A DNA stretch of 63,968 bases, filler included, from Bigelowiella natans CCMP2755 (lineage: Eukaryota > Protista > Cercozoa), in assembly GCA_000320545.1 (NCBI GenBank). It is 6 parts of 6 records of this genome, joined end to end, with 100 filler letters (N's around TTAATTAATTAA, not from the genome) between each part and the next. Parts side by side here need not be neighbours in the genome. Positions count along the whole stretch, not along the records: positions 24,863 to 55,400 come from ADNK01000601.1; 5 more parts are not named here. One strand, given 5' to 3'. Position 1 is the first letter of the stretch, and every line of letters starts with the position of its first letter. A program made the position numbers and the translations under genes. The notes under the pieces are model-generated. The model made no database searches, had not been told where the DNA came from, and saw only the letters and a program-made list of their open reading frames with translations. Positions 37,999 to 51,470 of the stretch are shown here, piece by piece.

Positions 37999-40636
37999 AT
38001 GAAAACCATATTCCGAGAACCATCCACGATTGTCGCTATGAATTATCACCTCCACGAAGCGTTATCATCACCGCGTAATTTCGATTTTATACGGTAGGCG
38101 CGTGTCGGCATGGCCGCTAAGCGACTTTATATCCCGTTCAAGGCCTCCTCTCAGCCCATCATCTCCCGTTTTCCTCCTCCTCGGCCTCCTATTGGCCGCT
38201 GCTGCATCACTACCTTCGGGGCAAGCTGTGACTGTTACAAGCATAGCTGATAGTCGAAAACTGCAGCAGCCGCGCTTATCGCCTAGTAAGTCGGAAGACC
38301 CTCGTAAGATCAATAGCGTCGCTCGTCATCACGAACTCCGAGGCCTTGTGTTGTCCCCATCCGCACCGCTGCTCAAAGTTTCTCCTGTTAGTTTGAAGAG
38401 GACAAGCGGCAGCAGCCAGCTCGATCATGAGCTCGCGGAGGCCATACGTGCGCAGCAGGAGAAAACAGCAGCACGTTCTACCATTACCACGGAGGAGACG
38501 GGTAGGACGAATATATCCGAAAAAGCGACGAGCAGAACCTTTGCAGATCTTGAGCAAGACCTTGCTAGTATCCGGCGATTGGAGGCAAAAGATCTAAACA
38601 ACCTCAACTTCCAGCTACTTCAAGGACAGCAGCAGCAGCAAAGGCAGCGTCATGAAGAAGGCTATGGGGATCAACAGCTAGTGCTCCCAATACCTCTGCT
38701 TCCTGTGATGTACCCTCCTGGTTACTTGGGGGCGAGTGACGTCGTCGATCAGCCTGGATGTGCGTAGCATTGCGTTGCACGCTGCCTGTAGCATGATATC
38801 TTTGCCTTCTCGAAAAAACACCTGATTTTTCAGTGAGTGACCCGCTCCACCTGACTCGCAGCGCGCCGCCGTTTTCGGCGGCAGCTACTTTCAACCTATC
38901 GACACCGATTTCTAACAGTGTCATTTTCTCCTAAGCACCACCGTCTCTTTCTCCCCCCCCCCTCTCTCTTTCTCTCTCTCTTTATCACAGCTAATCTGAC
39001 GAAGAAAGTGCCAACTATCGACATGCCCTTTGCTTCCACGTGCCATGTCCGGTAGAAGAACAAAGAGAGAGGGGGGAGCAGGGCGGGGCGAGCAGGGGCT
39101 GTGTAATTTATTGAATACACACAATATACCCGGGGGGGGGGGGGGGTATGCAATATTCAGGCCGGCGACTATAGAGGCACTCGGAGAGCTTGATAGAGTG
39201 CAGGTCGTTGTTTTCACATCGTCCCCGCAATGCATCACCCTAGAGGGAATGAGCGAGACGAGTATGGGAAATCAGGGCTTGATGGATAAGCGCTACCGGC
39301 ATCGATCTTACGTTCGTGCATTGTGTGCGTGTGCCTGCGTGTTTGTGTGTTTTTTTGTCCTTGTATACGGTTGAAGGCGAAGCTACTCGGTAAACTAGAC
39401 AGGGAATCTTTCTTCACAAACAAGCGGTAACTACACCCCCCCCTCCCTTTCTCCCCTCTCCGGCGACCCTCTTCTTTCGCCTCTTCCCTTCTTCTCCGCG
39501 ATACCGTCTTTTCCGTTTGTGTGTGTGTGTGTGTGTGTGCGCGCGCGCGGCATGGTTCGCACCTCTGTCTTAATCTCGCGTCTGGGCATCCGTCAAACAG
39601 GAAGCAATATGTAAGGGAAATGACTGAGCTAATAAACTCAAAGATCAAGCAGCTTAATCAGGTCGCAGCAGTAGCTACTCTTCTCTTGCCCCCCATCCCC
39701 CGTTCCTTATTGCTAGACTCTGGAACAGAGGAGCACACCTACATAGTGGGCTGTTTCAATAACTGCTTATGCGCGCGCGCGCGCGAGCGAGAGGCCGAAT
39801 GCCTTTCCCCTGCCTTCGCCGTGAGATCCGCTGTTCTCTTATTATCTTCGCCATCCTTCCCTCCCTCCTTCCATCCTCAGGTAAAGAACGAGCTAGATCA
39901 GGAACTGCAATGGATAAATGTTACCAAGGAACATGTCCAGGTAGTAGCAGTAGTGGGTGTAGTAGCAGCAGTAGTAGCTCGGTGATGGCAATGAGGGTGA
40001 TGGTTAAATGACGAGGAGGAGGAGGAGGAGAAACGAGGACGAGGGGGGTTTAATAGTTCCGGATGGAGCTGCCTCTTTAGCTATGTTAAGTCCTCTTTTG
40101 CACCCACGAGAGCAGTGTATCAATCAGAGCTACTTGCGCATCACGACGTCATCATCGTTACAGGAGATTTCGGAGAAGAAAAAACTCATGCAGCTGACGG
40201 ATAAGCAAAAATGCGTGCAGCAATCGGGCGGGAAGGAAGAGGTATGCAGGGAGCCCGTGTGTGCGTGTGTGTGTGTGTGCTTGAAGGCGAACAACAAAGA
40301 ATATAAGTCACTGTTTTGCCCACGAAACATCGTGAAATTGTTCACACAAAATTACGGTATTTCCCTTGAGCGTAGCGGCATCAATCTTCAATCGTTCTTT
40401 TTCGAAATCGTCATGCCTCAATCTATCTCCTCTGCCCTTTCTCTGTTGCAGGGGGGGGAGAAGAAGAAAGAGAAAGAGGAGGTGGAGAAGACCCTCACTT
40501 CGCAGGTTGCAGTAGTAGAAGATACCCTGCTGCTTTGTGCAGATCTACGATGTCGATTAGGCTATTATAACTTGAAATGGAGGGATATATAAAGAGTCAT
40601 CATCGGCCTCATCACTTGCCTCACGCGACTTTTATT

Positions 40637-40680
<44 letters not shown>

Positions 40681-40878
40681 GTATGCCCTACAATGTATTT
40701 AGCTACACACATAATTATTCGTAGCTGTTATATCTCTTAGTCCTGCTGCTGCTGCACACATGCATACCATAATCATTAGATCGACGAGGTCAAAAAGAAC
40801 ATCAAGGATATCAAAGCTCGGATCCAAAAGATAAAGAAGGGGGGAGACTCCTCCGCTGGGGAAAGCAAGAAGAGTTAA
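37999..40878 (+). CDS. Secreted coiled-coil protein, paralog A (start ATG 37999 or 38038; intron 38094-38154 inferred)
   Basis: Hydrophobic VFLLLGLLLAAAASLPSGQA, then DVVDQPG|SNLTKKVPTIDMPFASTCHVR|PATIEALGELDRVQ|AKLLGKLDRESFFTNKR|KQYVREMTELINSKIKQLNQ|VKNELDQELQWINVTKEHVQ|EISEKKKLMQLTDKQKCVQQ..|IDEVKKNIKDIKARIQKIKKGGDSSAGESKKS*. Confidence 0.75.
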
Positions 40879-41486
40879 ACACGGACGACCACTGCATGGG
40901 TTCCAGCATGTGCGCTGGTTTCCATGTTTATTGTCATTATCATTCCAGTCTAGGCACAATCACATGATTGACATGTCCCTGCTACGCTATGCGATTAGAG
41001 TGTCGCGCGTTGCATTGCATGCGTGTCTCAACACGCCATGCGAATAAACATTGATTCCTGCTGTGCGTCGAGCAGATGGTAATTCAAAACAAGGGTCGGA
41101 TCTATCTGCTGCTGCGCAGCGCGGGCCCATAGAAGCAATAAGTACACGTGTCAGAATGTGTGCGGACTCATAGCACAAAAACAAGATTGCAGACATACAC
41201 GTATACGTCACGTGCTACACATCGCACAGCCTGCATTTAGCGCTGTAGCCGCTGCATTGCATAGCTACGTGAGGATGGCCATTGAGCAAATTTAATCGAT
41301 TAGCTACACCCGTCTTACAGCCTGCATACATTCATGCGAACATCGTCATGCAGCGATCGATCGATCATTACTATGTCGCGACAAAGCATCTATAGATACT
41401 GTACAGCCAGCTGCCACATACGCAATATGAACAGCGCTCATCAGACCGTCCTGCCATACGTACTACTCATTCGTCTGTACATCTTA

Positions 41487-41926
41487 CTACTCGGCCCTGT
41501 AGATAATATGCACCCCGACCGGCGATTCGATAGGCCCTGAGATGGCGCCCACCTGTGATAATGATGGTCACGTCGTCATGCGGTCAATACTAGACATTAG
41601 CATACGATGACACTTTCAGGCAAATAGTTGTCGTGCCAGCTAGGGACTTCATCGATAGCAATGCCATTCATGTCGAATCTCTCTGCACAACTTGCTCTAG
41701 ACTACCTCCAGCCCAAAGGCGGCATCTTCAAATTCCTTCATAATCTACAGTAAACGGAGCGTAGCCGGGTGCGTGCAGCAGCAGCAGCAGAAAATGTCAC
41801 ACACACACGCGTTAAGGAAGGGGGGGGGGGAAAGCAGTACAAGTATCCTAGACACGGGAAAACAGAAGATGAGAGGCCGAGAAGCGATCATGGAAATAAT
41901 TGCAATGCAAACCCAAACATAGACGC

Positions 41927-41958
<32 letters not shown>

Positions 41959-41968
41959 TGTACGTTGT

Positions 41969-42007
<39 letters not shown>

Positions 42008-42410
42008 AGTGTGTGTGTGTGTGTGTATGAGTGTGTATTTGCTTGCTGTCCTGGAACCTGTCCTCTGTAGATATGCCCCATATCACCGCCTTGTCGAGAG
42101 CTCGTGTCGCAGTCGGAAACCTCCATCGCAATCTAAGATATAACGGGGCGTGAAGTGATCGATCAGCGTGTGTTAGCATTTAGCAAACTGCAGCGACCTA
42201 GCTAGCACGGAGAAGATTGTAATGTGTCCATCCCCCCCCCCCCCCCCTTCATCGAAAATAAGACAAAAACCTGTTTGAATGTTGCCAGGTCGACCTTACC
42301 ACCGCTGCTGCTGGTGCCACTGTTAGTTGTCTATTGATGGCGTGTGCACAGAGGCCAGATATAGGTACAAGTAGTTGTTGTTATTGATGTTGTTGTTGTT
42401 GTTGTTGTTG

Positions 42411-42455
<45 letters not shown>

Positions 42456-42631
42456 CGCGCGATGGGATGGTGATGATGATAATGAAGATGAAGAAGAAAG
42501 GAAAATTTGGATGGTTTCTGGAGAGCTGCTGCTCACCTGAAGCATAGCAGCTTTCAGTGTTTGTAGAATCTCGTGGGCCTCTTCGATTGTACGCGACCTT
42601 GTTAGTGGTCAGACGTAACATAACACACACG

Positions 42632-42669
<38 letters not shown>

Positions 42670-43819
42670 TAATGATGCATGTTTCTAGGCAAATTCATTC
42701 ATCATGATTGCAGGTAGTGATTGCCAATTTCATCATTCTTCATCACTGTAACTCTCTTCTCTTTACTGTTGTCCCCCCCCCCCCCCCTTCCTCCTCCAAC
42801 CACGATCATCAATGTTCAATCTTCACGTACTGAATGGCCGCGCCGGTCGGATCCTGTCTCGACACAGGGTTCTTCGCATCCTGCCAACACGACGTCGTCA
42901 ATGATTATGAAGAAACGGCAATGGGAAGGAGAGCGATAAGATAGGGGGGAGGGGGGGGGGGGGGACGGAAGGAGAGTCACTACTTTGTGCTTGACTAGTA
43001 TGTGGAATGCTCTGACATGAACGGTGCCAATGGCACTCTCACGTCCGCTGCTGCCTTTCGCAACAACATCAGCAGGAGGAGGAGGAGGAGGAGGATGATG
43101 ATGATATCCCGTCTCTTCGGTGTCGTCCATTCTTCCCTTAGCCTTCCTCCCCACTGGAGGAGGATCATCAACGTTGGCTGCTGCTGCTATCGATGATACC
43201 GGAATAAAATCATCGTCATCGTCGTCATCCTCCCCCCCCTCCTCACCTACTTTTCCCTTCTCTCCCACAGCAGGATGCTGCCCAACCGGGATGAAATCCT
43301 CCCCGTCCTCGTCCTCCTCGTCGTCGGCGTGCAATTGCTGCTGCTGCTGCTGCTGGAGCAACTCCCAATCCCGTGAAGAGGTAGATTCGACCCGCCCTCC
43401 TTCAATTCCGTCTCCCTCCTCCTCCTCTCCTCCTCCTCCTCCTTCTCCTCCCCTTCGCTTCACGTGATGCGGTATGCTAACATAGCCCATCTCTGTAGCG
43501 ATCGTAGAGGGAATGGATCGCTCACTGTCCACACCATGAATATCGTGCTTGAAGCTGTTGTCTGCTGCTGCTGCTGCTGCTATAGCTGCTTTATCCTTTC
43601 CCCCTCCGCCTCCCTCTCCACCCTCCTTCAATAAGCTCAGCGACAGCTGTGGTTGATTGGTGGGCGGGGTTGGGGAAGGGATGATACAGTGTAAGAGTGG
43701 TATCTGCTATCAGTCAAGAATATGCGTAAAAGCTCGATATGTGTATTCAATTTCCTTTCACGCAATTGGTGGAGAGGAAGGGCATATTCCTCTGACTGCA
43801 CACTAGGATTTCCAAAGTG

Positions 43820-43852
<33 letters not shown>

Positions 43853-44300
43853 CATCCTACCTGGACAAGTCTGGTCGCATCAGCAGGAGAGAAACCACGT
43901 GATATGAGGTCGTCGAGAGACAGCTCCGGAAGCTGATAAGTATCGATCGAGCGAGATGACCAACAACAACAATAACACCACCAACAACAACAACAGTTTC
44001 ATTAGCACGTTCTACGATCATCAAGACGACGTATATGTATATCCCTAACCCCCCCCCCCCTCCTCCCATGTCTCATCATCATCCTCTCAATCTCCAAGCT
44101 TTTTAACTTGCGGGGGAGGGGGGGGAGAAACCATGATTAATCATCAGTCAGGCAGTGCCACGTGGACGACAAGCAGAAGCAGGACCGATTGGGGACTGAG
44201 ACCGAGCTGGGAGAGGAGCACGCAGCCCTTGACTGTAACCTAGATTTTTAAATTCTCGTCATCACATGCATACTCGCGCGCGCGCGCGCACACACACACA

Positions 44301-44339
<39 letters not shown>

Positions 44340-44526
44340 GCGCATATACACACACGAGACATCAGGATTTTGGGGGAAGGACGTTTCACCTTCGCACGGG
44401 CGGCCTCCTTTGCAAGCTCGATCGTCGCATTCTGGTCAGGGGTCAGCAGCTACAGTCGACAAGGCACCACAACGACGACGACGACAACAACAACAACAAC
44501 AACAGCAATCCAACGGCATCATCATC

Positions 44527-44566
<40 letters not shown>

Positions 44567-44722
44567 CGCGCGCGCGTGCGCGTGTGGACAAAGAAAGCGA
44601 GAGAGAGAGAGAGAGAGAGAGAGTAACATATAGGAGACGAAGTTGCTGCCCACCGACCATATCTTCCAGGATAGCATAGCGCGACCTTTGATCCAAACGG
44701 TTTGGATCTCCACCTGTACAAG

Positions 44723-44790
<68 letters not shown>

Positions 44791-45190
44791 CGTGCATCCG
44801 TAGGTACGGCGTGAGTACGATGTGGCCGTCACATCCTTGGAACTCAACTTTTTGAATGTTCATCATGGCAGAGAGATGCAAGAAGAACCAGCAGCCATGT
44901 GTATTTTGCTTGCAGGGGATTATTCAATGCTCCGTCGTCGCGCGCCGTCCGCACCTCGCAGCGGGCAAACGAGGCACTTCTTTCAACCTATTTCTACTAA
45001 CCGCGCCAGCATGCACACCGTGTCTTACCCAGGTTGCGCTCTAAGTAGTCCAGTAGGTCTTTACACTTTCTCTGGAATGGGAGGAGGAGGAGGAGGAGGA
45101 GGAGGAGGAATCGTGAGTGCATGCAGACGCGCAGTATATAAGGCAGAAAGAGAAAGAGAAACGAAAGATACACACACACGCGCGCGCGCG

Positions 45191-45230
<40 letters not shown>

Positions 45231-45822
45231 GTGCGACCCATCATCATCCAGCAGGTAGACGCAACAGCAGCAGCAACAACAACAACCATTACTGGTAAGA
45301 GGTGGATAGGATAAAGAGAAGAAGAAGAAGAAGAAGAAGAAGAGGAAAATGAAGAAAGAAAAGAAAAGCGAGACATTGGTGTAATTACCAGCCCCTCTAC
45401 TGTCCACAGCTCATTCTAAGGATGAAAAGGATGGAGATAAGGAGGAGGAGGAGGAGGAGGAGGAGGAGGAGGAGGAGGGGGACGGTGACGAAGGAACGCA
45501 CAAACACACATACACATTCATTTTCACTTCAGCACTATAACGTAATCAATAGTTCCATCTTAACCATATCATCTTCTCTCGGACCCCCCCCCCCCCCCTT
45601 CTCCACTCGCCTGTTGCAAGGGGGTAGCCAAATTGAAGGCGTCCATAAACCTCGGGTCTTTTTTCAGCGAGTTAATTGTATCTCTAGCCGCTGTGAGCCA
45701 GCAGTAGAGGGGAGGGGAGGAAGGGAGGGAGAGGAAGGAGGAGGGAGGATTACATCCTTAAGTCGGAAGGAAGGTTTACGCGATTCTTCGTTATCGGAAA
45801 GTATCCAACAATCATGCGATCT

Positions 45823-45868
<46 letters not shown>

Positions 45869-47364
45869 ACCTACGACAAACACATACCAACGACGACAAA
45901 ACACAACAACACGTACTTCTGCTCAGCTGCGACACGTTAAGAACAGGGGCGTATGGTGACCCTGACTCCGCTCCCTCTCCTTCCCTTCTGTCTTCTTCTT
46001 CTTCTTCTTCTTTTTCTTCTTCTTCATCTTCTTCATCATCTTCTTCCCGTTTTCCGCTGCTGCAACCCCTCCCGCCAACGACTCCAGATCCAGCATCTCC
46101 TCCTCCGGCCCTCCTCCTTATCGTCGTTGCGGAACTTCTTCTCCTCTTTGCCATCCTCTTGATATCATCCGCAGCCCCCACCATCAGCATTTTCCGTCGC
46201 TTCCACATGGATTCCCCCCCTCCCGCCTGTATGACCCCGGACTGGGAGGTCCAGCCGCTGGGGGGTACACAGCGGAAAGGGGGCTGAGCAACGCCTGGGA
46301 AGGGAAAGGTTGGCTGTATTCGTGCCCCTCTCCGAGGTGGAGGACGTGTCGATGATGACGATAGTTGCGACGGCGAGGGTGCAGCAAGTCCCTTTAATAC
46401 TTCCTCACCCGCAGGCTGCGGCAGCTGGATGGGGGGGGGGGCGCCGATGGATGGCAACGACGGACCACACTGTGGCCGTCCTCCGGTGCTTATACCCTGG
46501 GATATCATTTCGAACTAGCAACAACAGAAAAACGTGTGTGTGGTGACGAGCAAGCAGTAAGGGGGGGGGGGGAGACGAGGATTGGTCGAATGATTTTTGG
46601 GTTCAATCTCTCGTCTTCGTGTTCTAGATGATAAATCAACAAAACGACACGCACGGATGAACGCATTGGGTCAAATGACGAAGAAGGCAGCATCATGGAC
46701 CTCTTGCTGGAACGGAGCGCCGGGCGGGGGGGCCAACCCTGATAGCGTCGCAGCCGGGGGCGCTGCAAGTTTAGGCAGCCTCTGAGAGTAGGGTGAACCC
46801 TCAGCAGCAGCGCCATCACGACCGTATGGATCTCCAAGCCTGATGGTCGCGGAGCTGCTGGCGTGATTGATCAAGTTTGAGAAGTAGTCCGGTCCCATCT
46901 TGTAGAGCGAAGTGCGCTCGTCTCCCGCCATGTCTCTGAGGGCGGTCGCTCCTAGAGGATGAGGAATCTCCTCACGAATCACGGTAGTAGGGTTTGCTGG
47001 CACTGAGGGCGGCGCCTTCTCCATTATGTGCTGAGACTTCGTCGCGAGAGCATATGCTACTTGCTCCTTAGTGGCGGATTTGTCCAAGCTCTCGTATCTG
47101 GGAATGGAAGTGGGGGGATCAGCCTTGTACGTCGAAAATGAATCAGTATGGTGGTTGCTCTTACGCAATAAGCCCTGGGCAGTTTTCGAGGAGGTCATCA
47201 TCTGAGCGTCAAAATAATATGCTCAGTGTGAACGACGAACGGCTTTCTTGTTGCCTTGTATAGCAGTGATGTCTCACCTAAATCCACGTTGACTTTCGAA
47301 AAGTCGGCCTCGCGCGTCACTATCAGTCCTTTCTCGTTTATCTCTCCTGAGGGAGCAAAGCGTG

Positions 47365-47399
<35 letters not shown>

Positions 47400-47835
47400 T
47401 CTCTATTATCTCCCTTTCGATTGGGGGGGAAACTCGACCTTCCAACTTCGCCGCACTAGCAATACAGGCTCTCACGATCGGATCTTTCAGAGTCATGCCT
47501 AATTGCCAAATGTAAAGAGGTGCTGTTCGGGATATGTACACGTCGAATGTGGATGCTCGATGGTGGAATGAATGAAAATTGCAGCAACTAACCTCCTCGT
47601 GCCCTCCGCACAAATGAAAGGCTCTTCTCTGCACATCTCCGATTTCTTACATTGAGCCTTTTCCGGTTGGGGCGAGGTTGGCTCAGAGTGGAGACAGTGA
47701 TGGCTGAGAGGAGGAGCGGCAGCAGCAGCATCCGAACCTGACACGCCCTTCGACCGAATGAGCTCCTGCTGCTCTGTTGCTGCTCCTCATCTTCCCTACC
47801 CTCCGCCTCCTCGCAGAAGTTATGACAGAGCTCAT
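41487..47835 (-). CDS. Large protein with C-terminal parvulin (Pin1-like) peptidyl-prolyl isomerase domain; upstream exons may include a separate gene
   Basis: VRAFHILVKHK|DAKNPVSRQDPTGAAIQ|SRTIEEAHEIL..|IAMEVSDCDTSSRQGGDMGHIYRGQ|IMKEFEDAAFGLE|VGAISGPIESPVGVHIIYRAE*. The domain (41487-43025) is secure; the 5' extent is not. Confidence 0.75.
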
Positions 47836-48339
47836 GATAAACCATTCGCTCCCCCTCACATGAAGGATTGGTGCCTCAGAGTGGCCCGCACGTCCGGGGG
47901 GCAACAACCGCTAGCTTCTCCACGAAGCACGTGGGGCTCTGCTCAGTAACCTGTTGGGATAGTTGTTGCCTACAAAATTCAATATTACAGCTCGTAATCA
48001 CCAAAATAATTCATAAATTCTAACTTTCTATCGAAAATATTTAAATATAAATCGCTAGTGACGGCATCCTTCTCTATGTGGATAGTGTAAAAATTACTAA
48101 TAATTCTTTTCCATTAGACTTCGCATCCGAGGCTGAAGCTTGACTGGAATTATATGTTTACTACCAGTGATTTGCGCCTTTGATCCTTCGATGACCAGCC
48201 GACGTAAGTTGGAGATGGGAGAAAATATTCTTAATTATTTTAACCGAAAAACATCTAAGAAAAATAATAATATGCAAGGTGAAACGTGACATTTCGGTCG
48301 AGCACGGCGCAGTTCGATCAATCGCTCTTCGGTGCCGCA

Positions 48340-49028
48340 ATGGCGTCGAACCCCTCTACATCCAATTCTTCCCCGGACATAGGCGAGGGGAAACAAGGCC
48401 ATATGGACGATCTAAAGGATGAAATCACAGCTTTCATACGGAAGGAAGTGGAGAAGTAAAAATCAGAATTGGGAAGGGGGGGGGGGGGGCATGGCGCACA
48501 CAAGCTTGCAATCAATCTTGTCTTGCGTACTTTAGGTTTGAACTGAACCTGAAGCGACGTCGTATAGTTGGATCTTCTGAATGCGCTGTTGAGGTAGAAT
48601 GAATAGAGATGAATAATGATGCAACTCATCACAAACATGACGGGGATCGATCATCAACTGGCCGACTAGAAAGTAAATATGGAAATGCACACCACCCTTT
48701 TCCCACATCAGACACTGCGAATCCTCCGCCACGTGGTATCGCGAGGAAAGTTCAAAAGCGCAGCAAATCTTATTAAAGGCATCAAAATCATTGGAAGGCG
48801 CCTTTCCGCTGCCAATCGCACTCAGGTAGTTTGTAGCAGGAACAACTAAGTAAACGGAGAAGAGAAAATGGCGACCATCCTCATAAACACTGTGATTTCC
48901 AGCTCACGATAGGGAACGCTGTGAGGAGAGTGCTCCATTTGATCCGACAGGTCTGTCGCACGTTACAGAGATAAACCCGCCTGGGGTCCTTTGTATCCAA
49001 TTAGCCCTGAAGCTGCACATTCACAACG

Positions 49029-49063
<35 letters not shown>

Positions 49064-49473
49064 CATAAACATCACCCAAATCGAATTGGGAATTGGTGCA
49101 TTGGGGGGTAAGGAGGAGTTTTTGGATTGTTTTTAATCGTGGAGCGTATTTATAATTCTCCGATTACTCCATACCATCAGGTCTGCGCGGAGGAAAAGCA
49201 AGACAAGGGAAGCAAGGAAGGTAAAGCTTGGGGGGGGGGGGGGGCTAAAAATAAAGAAATCCTATTATTGGTGCGTATGGCACATGGTGTTGTAAAAAGC
49301 TCTTTGAAGTTACCTATCGTGGTTCTCAGGGCCGGTAGACGTGGACCTTTCGAGATCGCTGGTGAAGATCATGGATAACGCGCAGGTAGCAGCATCTGTG
49401 GGGTTGTTTACTTTTGGTTTTCGAGGACGAAGGAGAATGCACATTATTAACAAAATATTATGTAACACATGCA

Positions 49474-49529
<56 letters not shown>

Positions 49530-49957
49530 ACACGCACACGCACACGCACACACACACAAATAAACATAGAGAGAGAGAAAGAGAAAGAGTCCGCGAGCAC
49601 GCTCTCGGCGTGTTTATTATCCCAGTTCTGATTTACTCCCTACCATCATCATCAGTCGGTCGACCTTTCCATGGAGGTCAAATTGGATCTGAGACAGCTC
49701 ATCATTGAAGAGGTTGGGTTGGTTTTTATTCTTCTTCTTTCCGCTTTCGGCCCCCCCCCCTCCCCCCTTCTCTCATCCGACAGAAACGATGTGTGTGTGT
49801 GTGTGTGTGTGCGTATGTGTGTATCTATGTGTGCTTACACGTTACCACCGACTAACCGATGACTTGGGGCTGTTCTCTTCCCCTTTTTAATGCAGATATC
49901 AGAACTCGTGGAGGATATTAAAAGAGTGTACACTCATGTCAAGGTTGTGCACTACAG

Positions 49958-49997
<40 letters not shown>

Positions 49998-51470
49998 TTG
50001 GTTGAGAGATGCGTGGAGCGTAGGTTTGGGGTTAGAAGAAATTGTGAGAGGCAACTTCCGATCTTCCTTTATGTTTACGTCGAAATTCTTCTGCTGCCGT
50101 ACTTTGTTCCTTGGAACAACATGCAGCATTTTAACGCAGAAATGGGAAAAGAAGCCGTGGCTTATTATCCTGATAACTGTATCGTACTTTTTCATCACTC
50201 AGGCATATTCCGTGGAACATATTCATGCGAAGGATGTGATTTTGACTGTGGGGATGTCTACCACGGTAACGATAATATCGTATACTTTAAAGGACTGCCA
50301 AGCTTGTTCTGCTCTTATGCCTTTTCAATATTCGCCTTCGTACTGACCCTCCCCCCTCCCCACCGCACAACAAATCGCTTTCCTTCCAGGTGATGCATTT
50401 CCTTTCTGAGGCAGCTAAACTGGAAAGGGAGTTTGAGGTGATCCGTCATCTCGTTATGTTGTGTTGCTGTCGTTGCGACAGCAGCACTAACACCGAGCAC
50501 TCCTCAAATACGCAATTAGAAATCCTTTAACACTGTGTGCTTTTTGGGAATCACACAATAGGTTATAGTCGCGGAGAGTGCCCCCGCTTACGATGGGTCT
50601 GTCGCATACCCCCCAACACACCCCACAGCAAAAGCCTTCATTCATCAGCACCGTCATCATATTATCATGATTATCACCACCACCATCATCTTTTCCCCAC
50701 TCAGGCACCAGATGGCCAAGGAACTTGCGAAAAAGAACATCGAAACGACTCTCGTAACAGATTCCGCCGTGTTCGCTATGATGGGAATTGTCAACAAGGT
50801 GGTGTTGCTGTCTTCTCGTCAGCTCTTTACTTTTCGATCCCCGACCAGTTCCTCTTCCATTGATTCTTATCCCGCCACACTCGACCGCAAAACAGGTTAT
50901 TATCGGCTCGCATCTTGTACTGGCCAACGGAGGCCTGATTTCGCGGTCTGGGTGTCACATGGTGGCAGCAGCCGCCCATCACCACTCGGTTCCAGTCGTG
51001 TGCGTCACTGGATTGTACGACAAAAATATTTCTTTATCCGTAGCACGCAACGAACTCATAGGCACACCATCATGTACATGCGCATTCCAGGTATAAGCTA
51101 TGCCCGCTCTATGGATTTGATCAGGACTCCTTCAATGACTTCAAGTAACCGATTTGTCGCCGTCCGGTCTTGGGTGTAACTGAGATGATGTTTTTACTGC
51201 AACCCCCCCCGTCTCACAAGGTACCCGGGTGAAATACTCAAATTCCAGGAGAAGTTTGCGGAGAAGGTATGCGCGAATACATCCTTTGTTGAGTAGCCGT
51301 AGGTGTTATTGTTCTGCCTTTTCGCACAGGTGAACGTCCAGAATCCTGGACATGATTACATTCCCCCTGAACTCGTTTCGCTCCTGATCACGAACTTTGG
51401 GGGCAATTCTCCGTCCTACGTTTATCGCCTGCTCACGGAGTACTACGATGTTGAAGATTATGATTTATAG
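48340..51470 (+). CDS. EIF2B2: Translation initiation factor eIF2B beta subunit
   Basis: LTIGNAVRRVLHLIR, EHIHAKDVILTVG, VIVAESAP, IETTLVTDSAVFAMMGIVNK|VIIGSHLVLANGGL, HHSVPVVCVTGL|YKLCPLY and NPGHDYIPPELVSLLITNFGGNSPSYVYRLLTEYYDVED. Confidence 0.92.

Noticed and set aside
42816-43000. Charge-reversed (EE) phosphate loop in the parvulin, suggested by the ORF-track reading GCEEP
   Set aside because: Correct phase-0 splicing gives KHK|DAKNPVSRQDPTG; GCEEP is the wrong frame.
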